Below, in pieces: positions 45,682-55,781 of a DNA stretch of 64,000 bases. Both the position numbers and the translations under genes were made by a program. Each line of letters begins with the position of its first letter. Position 1 is the first letter of the stretch. Under the pieces are notes generated by a model. The model was given only the letters and a program-made list of their open reading frames with translations. It searched no databases and had not been told where the DNA came from. Source of the stretch: an uncultured Acidobacteriota bacterium (GTDB lineage Bacteria > Acidobacteriota > Thermoanaerobaculia > UBA5066); the NCBI GenBank assembly GCA_963779415.1, contig CAVZYA010000001.1, positions 288,001-352,000 of the forward strand, given 5' to 3'.

Positions 45682-48096
45682 ATGAAACGCGCTCGCGTCG
45701 CCGTCTCCGTCGCCTCGCTCGGCCTCGTCTTCGTCTCCTCCTACGCTCTCGCCCTCGACGAGAGGGGCTACCGGCTCCCGCCGAAGGAGATCGTCGAGAT
45801 CGTGGATGCTCCCGCGCCGCCGCAGACGGTCCCGAGCCCGGCCGGCGACGTCGTCCTCCTCGTCGGCGTCGAGACGTATCCGCCCGTCTCCCTTCTCGCG
45901 CAGCCGATTCACCGGCTCGCGGGAGTCCGGATCTCCGCCGCCCTCGGCGCCCGGCAGCGGACGACGCGGTACACCGGGATCCGGATCCAGCCGATCGAGG
46001 GCGGCCCGGCCCGAACGGTCAAGCTCCCGGCCGGCTCGCGGATCGGCCTGCCTTCCTTCTCGGACGACGGAACGAGGTTCGCCTTCACGTGCGACCTTCC
46101 GGACGGCGTCGAGCTCTGGGTGGGGGACGCGAAGACGGGCGAAGCCCGCGCCGTCCCGCATGTCCGGCTGAACGACGTCCTCGGCTCGCCGTTCGAGTGG
46201 GGGAAGGGAAGCGGCACCCTCCTCGTCCGCGCGGTCCCCGCGGGCCGGGGAGGGCCCCCCGCCGCTCCGGAGGTCCCGGATGGGCCGGTCGTCCAGGAGA
46301 CCGCTGGCAAGACGTCGCAGATGGCGACGTTCCAGGACCTCCTGGCGAGCCCCCGGGACGAGGCTCTCTTCGCGTACTACGCGAGGACGCAAATCGTCCG
46401 CGTGGACGCTTCCTCGCTTCGTGCCGGGAGCGTGGGCATACCGGACTTCTGGCTCGGCGTCGAGCCTTCGCCCGACGGACGCTTCCTGCTTGCGACCCGT
46501 CTGAAGGCCCCCTTCTCATGGCGCGTCCCGTACCCGCTCTTCGCGCGCGACATCGAGGTGAGGGATGCATCGGGAAAGCTCGTCGCCACGGTGGCGGAGC
46601 TCCCCGTCTCCGACGAGGTGCCCCGTCAGGGCGTTCCGACGGGACCGCGCTCCGTGGGGTGGCAGCCCCTCGAGCCGGCTACGCTGATCTGGGCCGAAGC
46701 GCTCGACGGCGGGAACCCGGTGACGAGGGTGCCTCATCGCGACCGGTTGATGGCGCTCGCGGCTCCGTTCACGTCGCCCGCGCGAGAGCTCCTGAAGCTC
46801 AAGCAGCGCCTTTCAGGAGTCTGGTGGGGCGGAAAGCCGGACATGGCTCTTCTTCGCGAGTACGACCGGGACCGCCGGTGGACGTCGACGTGGCTCGTGA
46901 GCCTGGCGGCGCCGGAAGGGGCGAAGGTCCTCTTCGAACGATCGGTCAACGACGCTTACAAGGACCCGGGCGAACCCGTCCTCGAAGACCGCGCCGGGGG
47001 CGAGCGGGTGATGAGGATGGACGGCGACGCGATCTTCCTCGCGGGGGCCGGCGCCGGCGCCGAGGGAGACCGGCCTTTCCTGGACCGTTTCGACCTCGCG
47101 ACAGGGAAGTCGGAACGGCTCTTCCGGTCGGCGCCCGATGCCTTCGAGCGATTCGTCGCGTTCGCGGGGGGCGGGACCCATGAGGCCATCGTCCGGCGGG
47201 AGTCGCCGTCCGAGCCGCCGAACCTCTGGGTCGTCGACCTCTCGACGGGGAAAGGGAGAAAGCTGACCGACGAGAAGAACCCCCACCCGCAGCTCTCCGG
47301 GGTCCGCCGGGAGCGGCTCTCCTACAAGCGTGCCGACGGCGTCACGCTGACCGGTACTCTCTACCTTCCTCCCGGAGTCGCTCCCCGAGCGCCGGGGCCC
47401 GTCCTGATCTGGGCCTACCCGCTCGAGTTCTCCGACGCCGATACCGCGGGGCAGGTGCGCGGCTCGACGCAGACCTTCCTCCGGCTCGTCGCGCCGTCCC
47501 CGCTGTTTCTCGTTCTCGAGGGGTACGCCGTCCTGATGGATGCCACGATGCCGGTCCTCGGCGATCCGGAGACCGTCAACAACACCTACGTCGAGCAGGT
47601 CACCGCCTCGGCGAAGGCGGCCGTCGACGAGCTGGTCCGCCGCGGCGTGGCGGACCCCGCGAGGATCGTCGTGGGAGGACACAGCTACGGAGCGTTCATG
47701 ACGGCGAACCTCCTCGCCCATACGAGCCTCTTCGCGGCCGGGATCGCCCGGAGCGGCGCCTACAACCGGACGCTCACGCCGTTCGGGTTCCAGTCCGAGA
47801 GGCGCACCTACTGGGAGGCTCCGGAACTCTACGCGAGAGTGTCGCCGTTCACCTACGCGGACAGGATCAGGAAGCCGCTCCTCCTGATCCACGGGATGGC
47901 GGACAACAACAGCGGTACCTTCCCGGTCCAGTCCGAGCGGCTCTTCGAGGCGATCCGGGGGAACGGCGGCACGGCGCGCCTCGTGATGCTCCCGTTCGAG
48001 GCGCACGGCTACCGTGCCCGCGAATCGGTCCTCGATACCCTCGCCGAGATGATCGACTGGGCCGACCGGTGGACGAAGACCCCTCCGATCAGATGA
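45682..48096 (+). CDS. S9 prolyl oligopeptidase family (glutamyl peptidase-like)
   Basis: WAYPLEF, GGHSYGAFMTANLL, HGMADNNSGTFP, EAHGY; SD AAAGGAG. Confidence 0.93.
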   Translation: MKRARVAVSVASLGLVFVSSYALALDERGYRLPPKEIVEIVDAPAPPQTVPSPAGDVVLLVGVETYPPVSLLAQPIHRLAGVRISAALGARQRTTRYTGIRIQPIEGGPARTVKLPAGSRIGLPSFSDDGTRFAFTCDLPDGVELWVGDAKTGEARAVPHVRLNDVLGSPFEWGKGSGTLLVRAVPAGRGGPPAAPEVPDGPVVQETAGKTSQMATFQDLLASPRDEALFAYYARTQIVRVDASSLRAGSVGIPDFWLGVEPSPDGRFLLATRLKAPFSWRVPYPLFARDIEVRDASGKLVATVAELPVSDEVPRQGVPTGPRSVGWQPLEPATLIWAEALDGGNPVTRVPHRDRLMALAAPFTSPARELLKLKQRLSGVWWGGKPDMALLREYDRDRRWTSTWLVSLAAPEGAKVLFERSVNDAYKDPGEPVLEDRAGGERVMRMDGDAIFLAGAGAGAEGDRPFLDRFDLATGKSERLFRSAPDAFERFVAFAGGGTHEAIVRRESPSEPPNLWVVDLSTGKGRKLTDEKNPHPQLSGVRRERLSYKRADGVTLTGTLYLPPGVAPRAPGPVLIWAYPLEFSDADTAGQVRGSTQTFLRLVAPSPLFLVLEGYAVLMDATMPVLGDPETVNNTYVEQVTASAKAAVDELVRRGVADPARIVVGGHSYGAFMTANLLAHTSLFAAGIARSGAYNRTLTPFGFQSERRTYWEAPELYARVSPFTYADRIRKPLLLIHGMADNNSGTFPVQSERLFEAIRGNGGTARLVMLPFEAHGYRARESVLDTLAEMIDWADRWTKTPPIR

Positions 48097-48170
48097 TCCC
48101 TCTGACTCATGGACACTCCCCGCCGCCGGGGAGAGCCTGAAGGAGGCCCGTTCGGGCGTGAGGAGGGGCG

Positions 48171-50006
48171 ATGTCCGAATTCCGCTTTGATCTTCGCGAC
48201 GTGGAGTTCGTCCTTTTCGAGCAGATGAAGATCGGCGATCTCTGCGGCCTCGGGGCTTACAAGGACCAGGACGCCGAGAGCTACGCGAGCATTCTGGGGG
48301 CCGCCTACGACCTGACGAAGGAGCGGCTCTGGCCGATCAACGCCGAGTCCGACCGGATCGGCGCCCGGTTCGAGGCGGGGAAGGTCACCGTCCCCGAGTG
48401 CCAGAAGGAATTCCGGAAGACATTCGTCGAGAACGGCTTCTCGGCGATGTCGAACAGCGCCGAGTGGGGCGGGATGGGACTGCCGAACCTCCTCTCCGCG
48501 GCCTGCGGCGAGGTCTTCATCGCGGGCTGCCTCTCCTTCACCCTCACGCCGATGCTGACTCGCGGCGCCGCGCACATCATCGAGGTCCACGGCGCCGAGG
48601 AGATGAAGAAGCTCTACCTCGAGAAGATGTACTCGGGCGAGTGGAGTGGCACGATGTGCCTGACCGAGCCGCAGGCGGGCTCGGACCTCGCCGCCGTCAA
48701 GACGAAGGCGAAGCGGGACGGGGAGAGCTTTCTCATCGAGGGGACGAAGATCTTCATCTCCTCGGGCGACCACGACTTCACGAAGCAGATCGTCCACCCG
48801 GTCCTCGCCCGGATCGAGGGGGCGCCGGCCGGCATCAAGGGGATCTCGCTCTTCCTCGTCCCGAAGTACCTTCCGAACCCGGACGGAAGCCTCGGCGCTT
48901 TCAACGACGTCTCCACCGGGAACATCGAGCACAAGATGGGGATCAAGGCGAGCCCCACCTGCACGCTCAACTTCGGCGAGAACGGAAAGTGCCGCGGCTG
49001 GCTGATCGGCCAGGAGAACAGCGGCATCGTCTACATGTTCCAGCTGATGAACGAAGCCCGCCTCGAGGTGGGCCTTCAGGGGCTCGGGCAGGCCTCGAGC
49101 GCCTACGGGCAGGCCCTGGCGTTCTCCCAGGAGCGCGTTCAGGGGGTGAGCCTGAAAGGGGCGCGCGATCCGGGAGCGAAGGCGCAGCCCATCATTCACC
49201 ACCCGGACGTCCGAAGGATGCTCCTCGGGATGAAGGCGCAGGTGGAAGGGATCCGCGCCCTCATCTACGAGACGGCGCGGAACGAGGACCTCGCCCAGGT
49301 CCATCCGGACGAAGCCGTCCGGAAGCGCGCCGAGGGGATCGTCCAGCTCCTGACGCCGGTCTGCAAGGCATACGGCACCGACATGGCCTTCCGCGTCACC
49401 GAGGACGCCATGCAGGTGCACGGAGGGTACGGCTACTGCCAGGAGTACCCGATCGAGCAGCTCTGCCGCGACGTGAAGATCACGTCGATCTACGAGGGGA
49501 CGAACGGCATCCAGGCGCTCGACCTCGTCGGGCGGAAGCTGACGATGAACGGCGGGGTGCTCTTCAAGGAGTACGCCGCGGGCCTCAAGTCCTTCATCGA
49601 GGCGAACATCGGCCACGCCGTCGCCGGCCCGTGGGTCAAGGCGCTCGCGGCCGCGTCCGACCGGCTCGTCGCCTGCACGATGAGGATCGGGAAGGCGTAC
49701 GCGGACCAGGACCCGTACTTCGCCTTCCTCGTCGCGGTGCCGTACCTCCGGATGTTCGGCGACGTCGCTTCCGCGGCCCTTCTTCTCCAGCAGGCACTCA
49801 TCGCCGCCGAAAAGCTCGGGCCGGGCGACATGGCGGCGTACAAGGCGAAGGCCGGCGCCGACGAGTCGTCGCGCTTCTACTACGACAAGCTCTGCACGGC
49901 GCAGTTCTTCGTCTACAACCTCCTCCCGCGCGCCACGGCGTATGCCGAGACGATCCTCTCGGGCGACCGGAGCGCGCTGGAGGCGTCGCTCGCCGCGGAG
50001 GGCTGA
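48171..50006 (+). CDS. Acyl-CoA dehydrogenase (long, AidB/FadE-like)
   Basis: MCLTEPQAGSD, GTKIFISSG, IEHKMGI, MQVHGGYGY, IYEGTNGIQALDL. Confidence 0.95.
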   Translation: MSEFRFDLRDVEFVLFEQMKIGDLCGLGAYKDQDAESYASILGAAYDLTKERLWPINAESDRIGARFEAGKVTVPECQKEFRKTFVENGFSAMSNSAEWGGMGLPNLLSAACGEVFIAGCLSFTLTPMLTRGAAHIIEVHGAEEMKKLYLEKMYSGEWSGTMCLTEPQAGSDLAAVKTKAKRDGESFLIEGTKIFISSGDHDFTKQIVHPVLARIEGAPAGIKGISLFLVPKYLPNPDGSLGAFNDVSTGNIEHKMGIKASPTCTLNFGENGKCRGWLIGQENSGIVYMFQLMNEARLEVGLQGLGQASSAYGQALAFSQERVQGVSLKGARDPGAKAQPIIHHPDVRRMLLGMKAQVEGIRALIYETARNEDLAQVHPDEAVRKRAEGIVQLLTPVCKAYGTDMAFRVTEDAMQVHGGYGYCQEYPIEQLCRDVKITSIYEGTNGIQALDLVGRKLTMNGGVLFKEYAAGLKSFIEANIGHAVAGPWVKALAAASDRLVACTMRIGKAYADQDPYFAFLVAVPYLRMFGDVASAALLLQQALIAAEKLGPGDMAAYKAKAGADESSRFYYDKLCTAQFFVYNLLPRATAYAETILSGDRSALEASLAAEG

Positions 50007-50076
50007 ACGGGGGCGCGCACCGCGTAATTGAGAATCAATCGCGTCTCTGGTCAAATCGGCCCCGATAGGAGGGCCG

Positions 50077-50640
50077 ATGAAACACAAAGGAGCGCTTCTT
50101 CTCGCCCTGGCGTCGCTCGGGGCGTGGTCTGCGATCGGCGCATCGCCCGATCCGAAGGGGGACGTCGCGCGCGGCGCCTACCTCGTCCGGACGATGGGGT
50201 GCAACGACTGCCACACGCCCTTGAAGATGGGGCCGAAGGGTCCCGAGCCGGACATGACGCGGATGCTGACGGGGCATCCCGCCGACCTGAAGATGCCGCC
50301 GGCGCCGGACCTCGGGAAGGGGCCGTGGATGATGTCCGCCGCGGCCACCATGACGGCCTTCGCGGGACCGTGGGGCGTGAGCTACGCGGCCAACCTCACG
50401 CCCGATCCCGAGACCGGCATCGGAAACTGGACCGAGAAGACGTTCGTCGACGCGTTGCGGACCGGGAAGCACATGGGGAAGGGGCGGCCCATCCTTCCCC
50501 CGATGCCCTTTGCGGGCATCGCCGGCGCGTCCGACAAGGACCTCCACGCGATCTTCGTCTACCTGAAGTCGCTCGCGCCGGTGAAGAACGCCGTTCCGCA
50601 GCCGGTCGAGTCGGCGGAGTCCCCCGCGCCCCCGCGCTGA
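50077..50640 (+). CDS. c-type cytochrome
   Basis: Signal peptide, CNDCH, AANLTPD.ETGIG.W, ILPPMP. Confidence 0.88.
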   Translation: MKHKGALLLALASLGAWSAIGASPDPKGDVARGAYLVRTMGCNDCHTPLKMGPKGPEPDMTRMLTGHPADLKMPPAPDLGKGPWMMSAAATMTAFAGPWGVSYAANLTPDPETGIGNWTEKTFVDALRTGKHMGKGRPILPPMPFAGIAGASDKDLHAIFVYLKSLAPVKNAVPQPVESAESPAPPR

Positions 50641-50656
50641 CGGGCAGACGCATCGA

Positions 50657-51694
50657 ATGCGATCGGCGGGAGCGCTTCTTCTCGCAGGGCTGAGTCTCCT
50701 CTCTGCGGGGGCGGCGGCCCCGGGGAGCGCTCCGAAGCCGCCGCGGCTCCTCTCGGAGACCGGGCTTTTCCGGGACCAGGCCCGGGAAGTCGATCCGCGC
50801 TTCCTCGCTTACTCGCCGCAATATCCGCTCTGGTCCGACGGGGCGGGGAAGAGCCGCTGGGTCTCGCTCCCCGCGGGAGCCCGGATCGACTCGCGGAGGA
50901 GCGACCGGTGGGTCTTCCCGGTCGGAACGAAGTTCTGGAAGGAGTTCGACTTCGCGGGAAAGAAGGTGGAGACCCGCCTCATCTGGAGGGCGACCTTGAA
51001 GAGCTGGGTCTTCGCGACGTACCTCTGGAACGAGGAGCAGACCGATGCCGAGCTGGCGCCCCGGGAGGGGGTGGCGAACTACGTCGAGATCGCTCCGGGG
51101 AAGCGGCACACGATCCCGGGGGTGTCGGACTGCAGGAACTGCCACGAGGACGCGCGGGCCCCGATACTGGGGTTCAACGCGCTGCAGCTCTCCGCCGACC
51201 GGGACCCCCTCGCCCCGCACGCCGAACCGCTGAAGCCGGGAATGGTGACCCTCACGGACCTCGTCCGGCGCGGACTTCTCGCGCCGGCCCGGCAGGAGTA
51301 CGTGACGAGCCCGCCGCGGATCCCGGCCGCCAGCCCCCGTGCCCGCGCCCTCCTCGGCTATTTCACGGCGAACTGCGGAAGCTGCCACCGGGCCGGCGGG
51401 TCGCTCGCCCCCCTCGGGCTCGACTTCGGGCACTCCGCGGCGGCGCGGAACGAGGCCTCGGAGCCGGGCTGGGCCACGACCGTGGGACGGCGCGGAAAGT
51501 GGGCGCTCCCCGGGCGAAACGCGGGCGAGTCAGAGCGGATCGAGCCCGGAAATCCGGCGGGGAGCACCGTTCTCTACCGGATGGCGTCGAGGCGCGCGCT
51601 CTCGCAGATGCCTCCTCTCGGAACCGTTGTCGTGGACGAAGAGGCCGTGAGGCTTCTCGAGAGGTTCATCGCCGAGGATCTTCCCCCGCGCTAG
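50657..51694 (+). CDS. SO2930-like diheme c-type cytochrome
   Basis: LSETGLF, PLWSDGA.K.RW, FPVGT, VETRL, CRNCH, CGSCH, QMPPLG. Confidence 0.8.
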   Translation: MRSAGALLLAGLSLLSAGAAAPGSAPKPPRLLSETGLFRDQAREVDPRFLAYSPQYPLWSDGAGKSRWVSLPAGARIDSRRSDRWVFPVGTKFWKEFDFAGKKVETRLIWRATLKSWVFATYLWNEEQTDAELAPREGVANYVEIAPGKRHTIPGVSDCRNCHEDARAPILGFNALQLSADRDPLAPHAEPLKPGMVTLTDLVRRGLLAPARQEYVTSPPRIPAASPRARALLGYFTANCGSCHRAGGSLAPLGLDFGHSAAARNEASEPGWATTVGRRGKWALPGRNAGESERIEPGNPAGSTVLYRMASRRALSQMPPLGTVVVDEEAVRLLERFIAEDLPPR

Positions 51695-51714
51695 ACTCGG
51701 CTCCCGATCAATCC

Positions 51715-54102
51715 ATGAGTCTCGGCGCCGGCACCCGGCTGGGACCGTATGAAATCCTGTCGCCCCTGGGCGCGGGCGGGATGGGAGAGGTCTATCGGGC
51801 GCGGGACACGCGGCTGGAGCGGGAGGTGGCTCTCAAGATCCTCGGGCGCGAGCTCCTCTCGGACGAAGGCGCGCGTAAACGCTTCCGGAAGGAGGCGCAG
51901 TCCCTCGCGAAGCTGAACCACTCCCACATTGCGCAGATTCACGACTTCGCGACCGAGGGAGGGGTGGACTTTCTCGTCATGGAGCTGGTCCCCGGCGAGA
52001 CGCTGAGCGAGCGGCTCGGGCGCGGGCCTCTTGCGGAGGCCGACGTCCTGAAGGTCGGAAGGGAACTGGCGGAAGGGCTCTCCGCGGCGCACGCGGAAGG
52101 GGTTGTTCACTGCGACCTGAAGCCGGCCAACCTCCGCCTCTCGAGAGACGGCACTCTGAAGATCCTCGACTTCGGCCTCGCGAGGCTGAAACGGCCGATC
52201 GTCACGGGCGACGCGACGGCTTCGATGACGGCGTCCGAGATCGCGATCTCCGGAACTCTTCCGTATATGGCTCCGGAGCAGCTGCGGGCTGAGACGCTCG
52301 AAGCCCGGACGGACATCTGGGGCGCGGGAGCCGTCCTCTACGAGCTGGCCACAGGGACCCGCCCCTTCCGCGAAACGGTTCCCGCGAAGCTGACCGACGC
52401 CATCCTTCACGCCGATCCCGAGCCGCCGGCGTCGCGGAGGCCCGGAATCTCACCGGAGCTTTCGAAGGTCATCCTGAGGTGTCTGGAGAAGAACCCAGAC
52501 CGCCGATTCCAATCGGCTACCGAGCTGAAGCTCGACTTGGAGCGATCGGCAAGCCCGTCCATCCCAACGGCGACGATGGGACCCCCGAAGACGCTGTCTC
52601 GCGTGCTGCCGGCAGTCGCTGCGGTCGTTGTTGTCGCGGTCGCAGGAATCCTTCTCTATCTGAAGCCTTGGCGAGGGCCGGGACGGATCCTCTCTCCGGG
52701 CGGACCGATCGCCTCATTGGCCGTCCTGCCGCTCGACAACATGACGGGCGACCCGGGGCAGGAGTACTTCGCCGACGGGATGACCGAGGCGCTCATCACG
52801 GAGCTGGCGAAGATCCGATCGTTGAAGGTCATTTCGCGGACCTCCGTGATGCGGTTCAAGAAGACGGACAAGGCTCTTCCGGAGATCGCGAAGCAGCTGG
52901 GCGTCGAAGGAATCGTCGAGGGCTCCGTGGCGCGTGGAAGCGGGAGGGTGAAGATCACCGCGCAGCTGATCCAGGCGGCCAGCGATGTGCACCTCTGGGC
53001 CGACAGCTTCGAGCGCCCGGAGGCGGACGTTCTCGCTCTGCAGAGCGACGTGGCCCGGGCGATCGCCGGGCAGGTCCGCGCGGCGGTGACGCCGGACGAG
53101 CAGCAGAACCTCAAGCAGACCCGGAAGGTGAATCCCGAGGCGTACGACCTCGCGCTCCGCTCCCGGCACCTCTTCGACAACGCCTCCGGTCCCGAGGACG
53201 TTTCGCGAGCTCGCGAGCTGGCAGAGCGCGCCGTCAAGATCGACCCGGGCTCCGCCGAGGCGCAGGCGGCCCTCGCGAACGTTCTGACGGGCTTCTTCAA
53301 CCGGGAGCCGGGTCAGGTGCTCCAGCCTCTGATCTGTTCGGCGGCAGACCGCGCCCTCGAACTCGACCCGAAGCTGGCGAACGCGCACCTCGCGCGAGGG
53401 TGGGCTTCCACCCTGGCTTTCGACTGGGAGCGGGCAGGCCGGGAGTTCCGGACGGCAACGGAAGTCGCCCCCAGTGATGGCGGGGCCTTCGGCTGCTACG
53501 GCTACTGGCTGGCCATGATGGGGCAATTCGACGAGGGATTGAAGGCGATCCGGAAGGGGATCGAGCTGGAGCCGTTCAATCTGGCGAGCCGCTGCAACCT
53601 GACCAACATCCTCTACGCCGCACGTCGGGATGACGAGGCCGTCGTCGCGGCACATGCAATTCTCGAGATAGCGCCGAGCTGGTTCTGGGCCCACAACAAT
53701 CTCTCGAGCCTCGAATTCCTGAAAGGCCGTCGGGACGAGGCCCTCGCCCAGGCTGTCGCTTCCTGGAAAATTGCATGGGGCGACTTCCAGCTTCCTGCCG
53801 GGACGAGGTGGGACGCCTACGTCCGGTGGATTCCCGAGGAGCTGAAACGGCGGAATGAGAAGCCCTGGCTCGTCAACGGCTTCATCGCGGCCTCGTACGC
53901 GATGTACGGCCAGCCGGAGAAGGCCTTCCCCTATCTCGAGCGCTCCAGCGAGGTTCGGGACGCCTGGTACGTTCAGCTCTTCTGGCCCGAGTTCGATTCC
54001 CTGCGCCGCGACCCGCGCTTTCTCGCCCTGATTGAGCGGATGAACCTGCCGGTCCACGTCTACGACCGGCCGTATCGCGACGTGGTCGCCGCGGCACGCT
54101 GA
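51715..54102 (+). CDS. Ser/Thr protein kinase with TM, TolB-N-like and TPR domains
   Basis: LGAGGMGEVY, VALK, HCDLKPAN, DFGLA, GTLPYMAPE, SLAVLPL.N...YFADGMTE. Confidence 0.93.
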   Translation: MSLGAGTRLGPYEILSPLGAGGMGEVYRARDTRLEREVALKILGRELLSDEGARKRFRKEAQSLAKLNHSHIAQIHDFATEGGVDFLVMELVPGETLSERLGRGPLAEADVLKVGRELAEGLSAAHAEGVVHCDLKPANLRLSRDGTLKILDFGLARLKRPIVTGDATASMTASEIAISGTLPYMAPEQLRAETLEARTDIWGAGAVLYELATGTRPFRETVPAKLTDAILHADPEPPASRRPGISPELSKVILRCLEKNPDRRFQSATELKLDLERSASPSIPTATMGPPKTLSRVLPAVAAVVVVAVAGILLYLKPWRGPGRILSPGGPIASLAVLPLDNMTGDPGQEYFADGMTEALITELAKIRSLKVISRTSVMRFKKTDKALPEIAKQLGVEGIVEGSVARGSGRVKITAQLIQAASDVHLWADSFERPEADVLALQSDVARAIAGQVRAAVTPDEQQNLKQTRKVNPEAYDLALRSRHLFDNASGPEDVSRARELAERAVKIDPGSAEAQAALANVLTGFFNREPGQVLQPLICSAADRALELDPKLANAHLARGWASTLAFDWERAGREFRTATEVAPSDGGAFGCYGYWLAMMGQFDEGLKAIRKGIELEPFNLASRCNLTNILYAARRDDEAVVAAHAILEIAPSWFWAHNNLSSLEFLKGRRDEALAQAVASWKIAWGDFQLPAGTRWDAYVRWIPEELKRRNEKPWLVNGFIAASYAMYGQPEKAFPYLERSSEVRDAWYVQLFWPEFDSLRRDPRFLALIERMNLPVHVYDRPYRDVVAAAR

Positions 54103-54198
54103 CCAGAGCCGCGGCGGTCCGCGGGCCGTCTCGTCACTATGGGCTGCTCTAAGATGTCGGACGTCTCCCGCGATGCCCGCGGAAGAAAAGGGGGAGCC

Positions 54199-54693
54199 AT
54201 GATCAGCAAGAAGATGAAGGCCGCGCTCGACGGACATATCGGCGCGGAGCTGGAGTCGGCCTACCTCTACCTCGCCATGTCGGCCTGGTGCGAGGCGAAT
54301 GCATTCAAGGGATTCGGCCGTTGGATGCGCGTCCAGTTCGAGGAGGAGCTCGCCCACGCCACGAAGATGCTCGACTACCTCCTGTCGCGCGGCAGCGCCG
54401 TGTCGTTCGGTCCCCTGGGAAAGCCGCCCGCCGAGTTCGGGTCGATTCTCGACGTGTTCGAGAAGACGCTCGATCACGAGCGGCAGGTCACCGGGAGGGT
54501 CCACCGCCTCCACGATCTGGCCGGCGCGGAAAAGGACACGGCGACGCAGATTTTCCTCCAATGGTTCGTCTCCGAGCAGGTCGAGGAGGAAGCGAGGGTC
54601 TCCGAGATCGTCGACAAGCTGCGGATGGTCTCCGACCGGCCGGGTGGGGCGCTCTATCTCGACAAGGAGTACGGCAAGCGGGCCAAAGCCTGA
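54199..54693 (+). CDS. ftnA: Non-heme ferritin
   Basis: ELESAYLYLAMS, EE..HA, HE..VT, FLQWFV.EQVEEE. Confidence 0.92.
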   Translation: MISKKMKAALDGHIGAELESAYLYLAMSAWCEANAFKGFGRWMRVQFEEELAHATKMLDYLLSRGSAVSFGPLGKPPAEFGSILDVFEKTLDHERQVTGRVHRLHDLAGAEKDTATQIFLQWFVSEQVEEEARVSEIVDKLRMVSDRPGGALYLDKEYGKRAKA

Positions 54694-54726
54694 CCGCAAA
54701 GCAGGGTCGCTACCGTACTGATGTCG

Positions 54727-55662
54727 TCATGGACGTCGCCTTCGGACGTCGAGACGGTTGAGCCCGAAGCTCTCCGCAAGGTAGAGGGCTTCCTTCCATT
54801 CCTCGCGCGTGATCCGGCGGGATAGCCTCTCGATGCCGCTCGCCCTGTAGTCGGGGTGGTACTGGTCCATCAGGTTCAGGTAGGTGTTCGTCGAGATCTC
54901 GCGGGCGAGGAACTCGAGGACCTTCTCCGTCCCCGCGAGGTCTCCGGGCATCACGAGGTGGCGGACGAGGAGACCCCGAACGGCGATTCCGCTCCCGTCG
55001 AGGAGGAGATCGCCCACCTGCCGGTGCATCTCCTTCACGACCACCTGGTTCACTTCCGGGTAGTCGGGAACGTGCGAATGACTGCGGGCGACGTCGGAGT
55101 CGGCGTACTTCATGTCGGGCATGTAGATGTCGACGACGCCGTCGAGAAGCCGGAGGGCTTCGATGCTGTCGTACCCGCCGGTGTTCCAGACGATCGGGAG
55201 CGCGAGGCCGCGTCCCGCCGCGATCTCCAGGGCGGCGAGGAACTGGGCCACGACGTGGCTCGGGGAGACGAGGTTCACGTTGTGGCAGCCGGCATCCTGA
55301 AGCTCCAGCATCTGGTCAGCCAGCTCTTCGGGCGTCACCTCGACCCCGTCCCCCCGCTGGCTGATCGTCCAGTTCTGACAGAAGTCGCACCGGAGGTTGC
55401 ACCACGAGAAGAAGATGGTTCCCGACCCGCGCGTCCCCCGGAGCGGATCTTCCTCTCCGAAGTGCGGAGCGAAGCCGTGGACGCGGGCCTTCTCGCCGGT
55501 CCGGCAGACGGCCCCGGAGATTCCGAGGAGCCGGTTGCAGTGGCAGTACCGGGCGCAGAGGTCGCAGTCGGAAAGACGCTCCCGGGCGCGGGCGGCGCGA
55601 GACCTCAACTCGCCGGCGCGATGGAGATCGAAATACGAGGGCTCCCGGAAGGCCGTGGCCAT
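54727..55662 (-). CDS. Radical SAM protein, PflX-like
   Basis: CDLCAR.C, HFGEE, GSGTIFFSWCNLRCDFCQN, VRHLVMP. Confidence 0.9.
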   Translation of the reverse strand: MATAFREPSYFDLHRAGELRSRAARARERLSDCDLCARYCHCNRLLGISGAVCRTGEKARVHGFAPHFGEEDPLRGTRGSGTIFFSWCNLRCDFCQNWTISQRGDGVEVTPEELADQMLELQDAGCHNVNLVSPSHVVAQFLAALEIAAGRGLALPIVWNTGGYDSIEALRLLDGVVDIYMPDMKYADSDVARSHSHVPDYPEVNQVVVKEMHRQVGDLLLDGSGIAVRGLLVRHLVMPGDLAGTEKVLEFLAREISTNTYLNLMDQYHPDYRASGIERLSRRITREEWKEALYLAESFGLNRLDVRRRRP

Positions 55663-55781
55663 CGGAGAGGAAATCTTAGTCCCCGACGCCTCCCGTGACT
55701 GGCCCTCGCGAGCCTCGCCGACAAGCTCCGTCTTCTTCCGCGAGCCTACCGGATGGACGCGCCGCCGGGTAGCATTCGGCG

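Noticed and set aside
44248-54102. Apparent giant fusions in the ORF track (1282-aa S9, 1064-aa kinase; also the 680-aa DegQ at 42127 and 476-aa ACBP at 55985)
   Set aside because: The N-terminal extensions are open frames overlapping other genes. True starts with SD or family-typical N-termini lie downstream.
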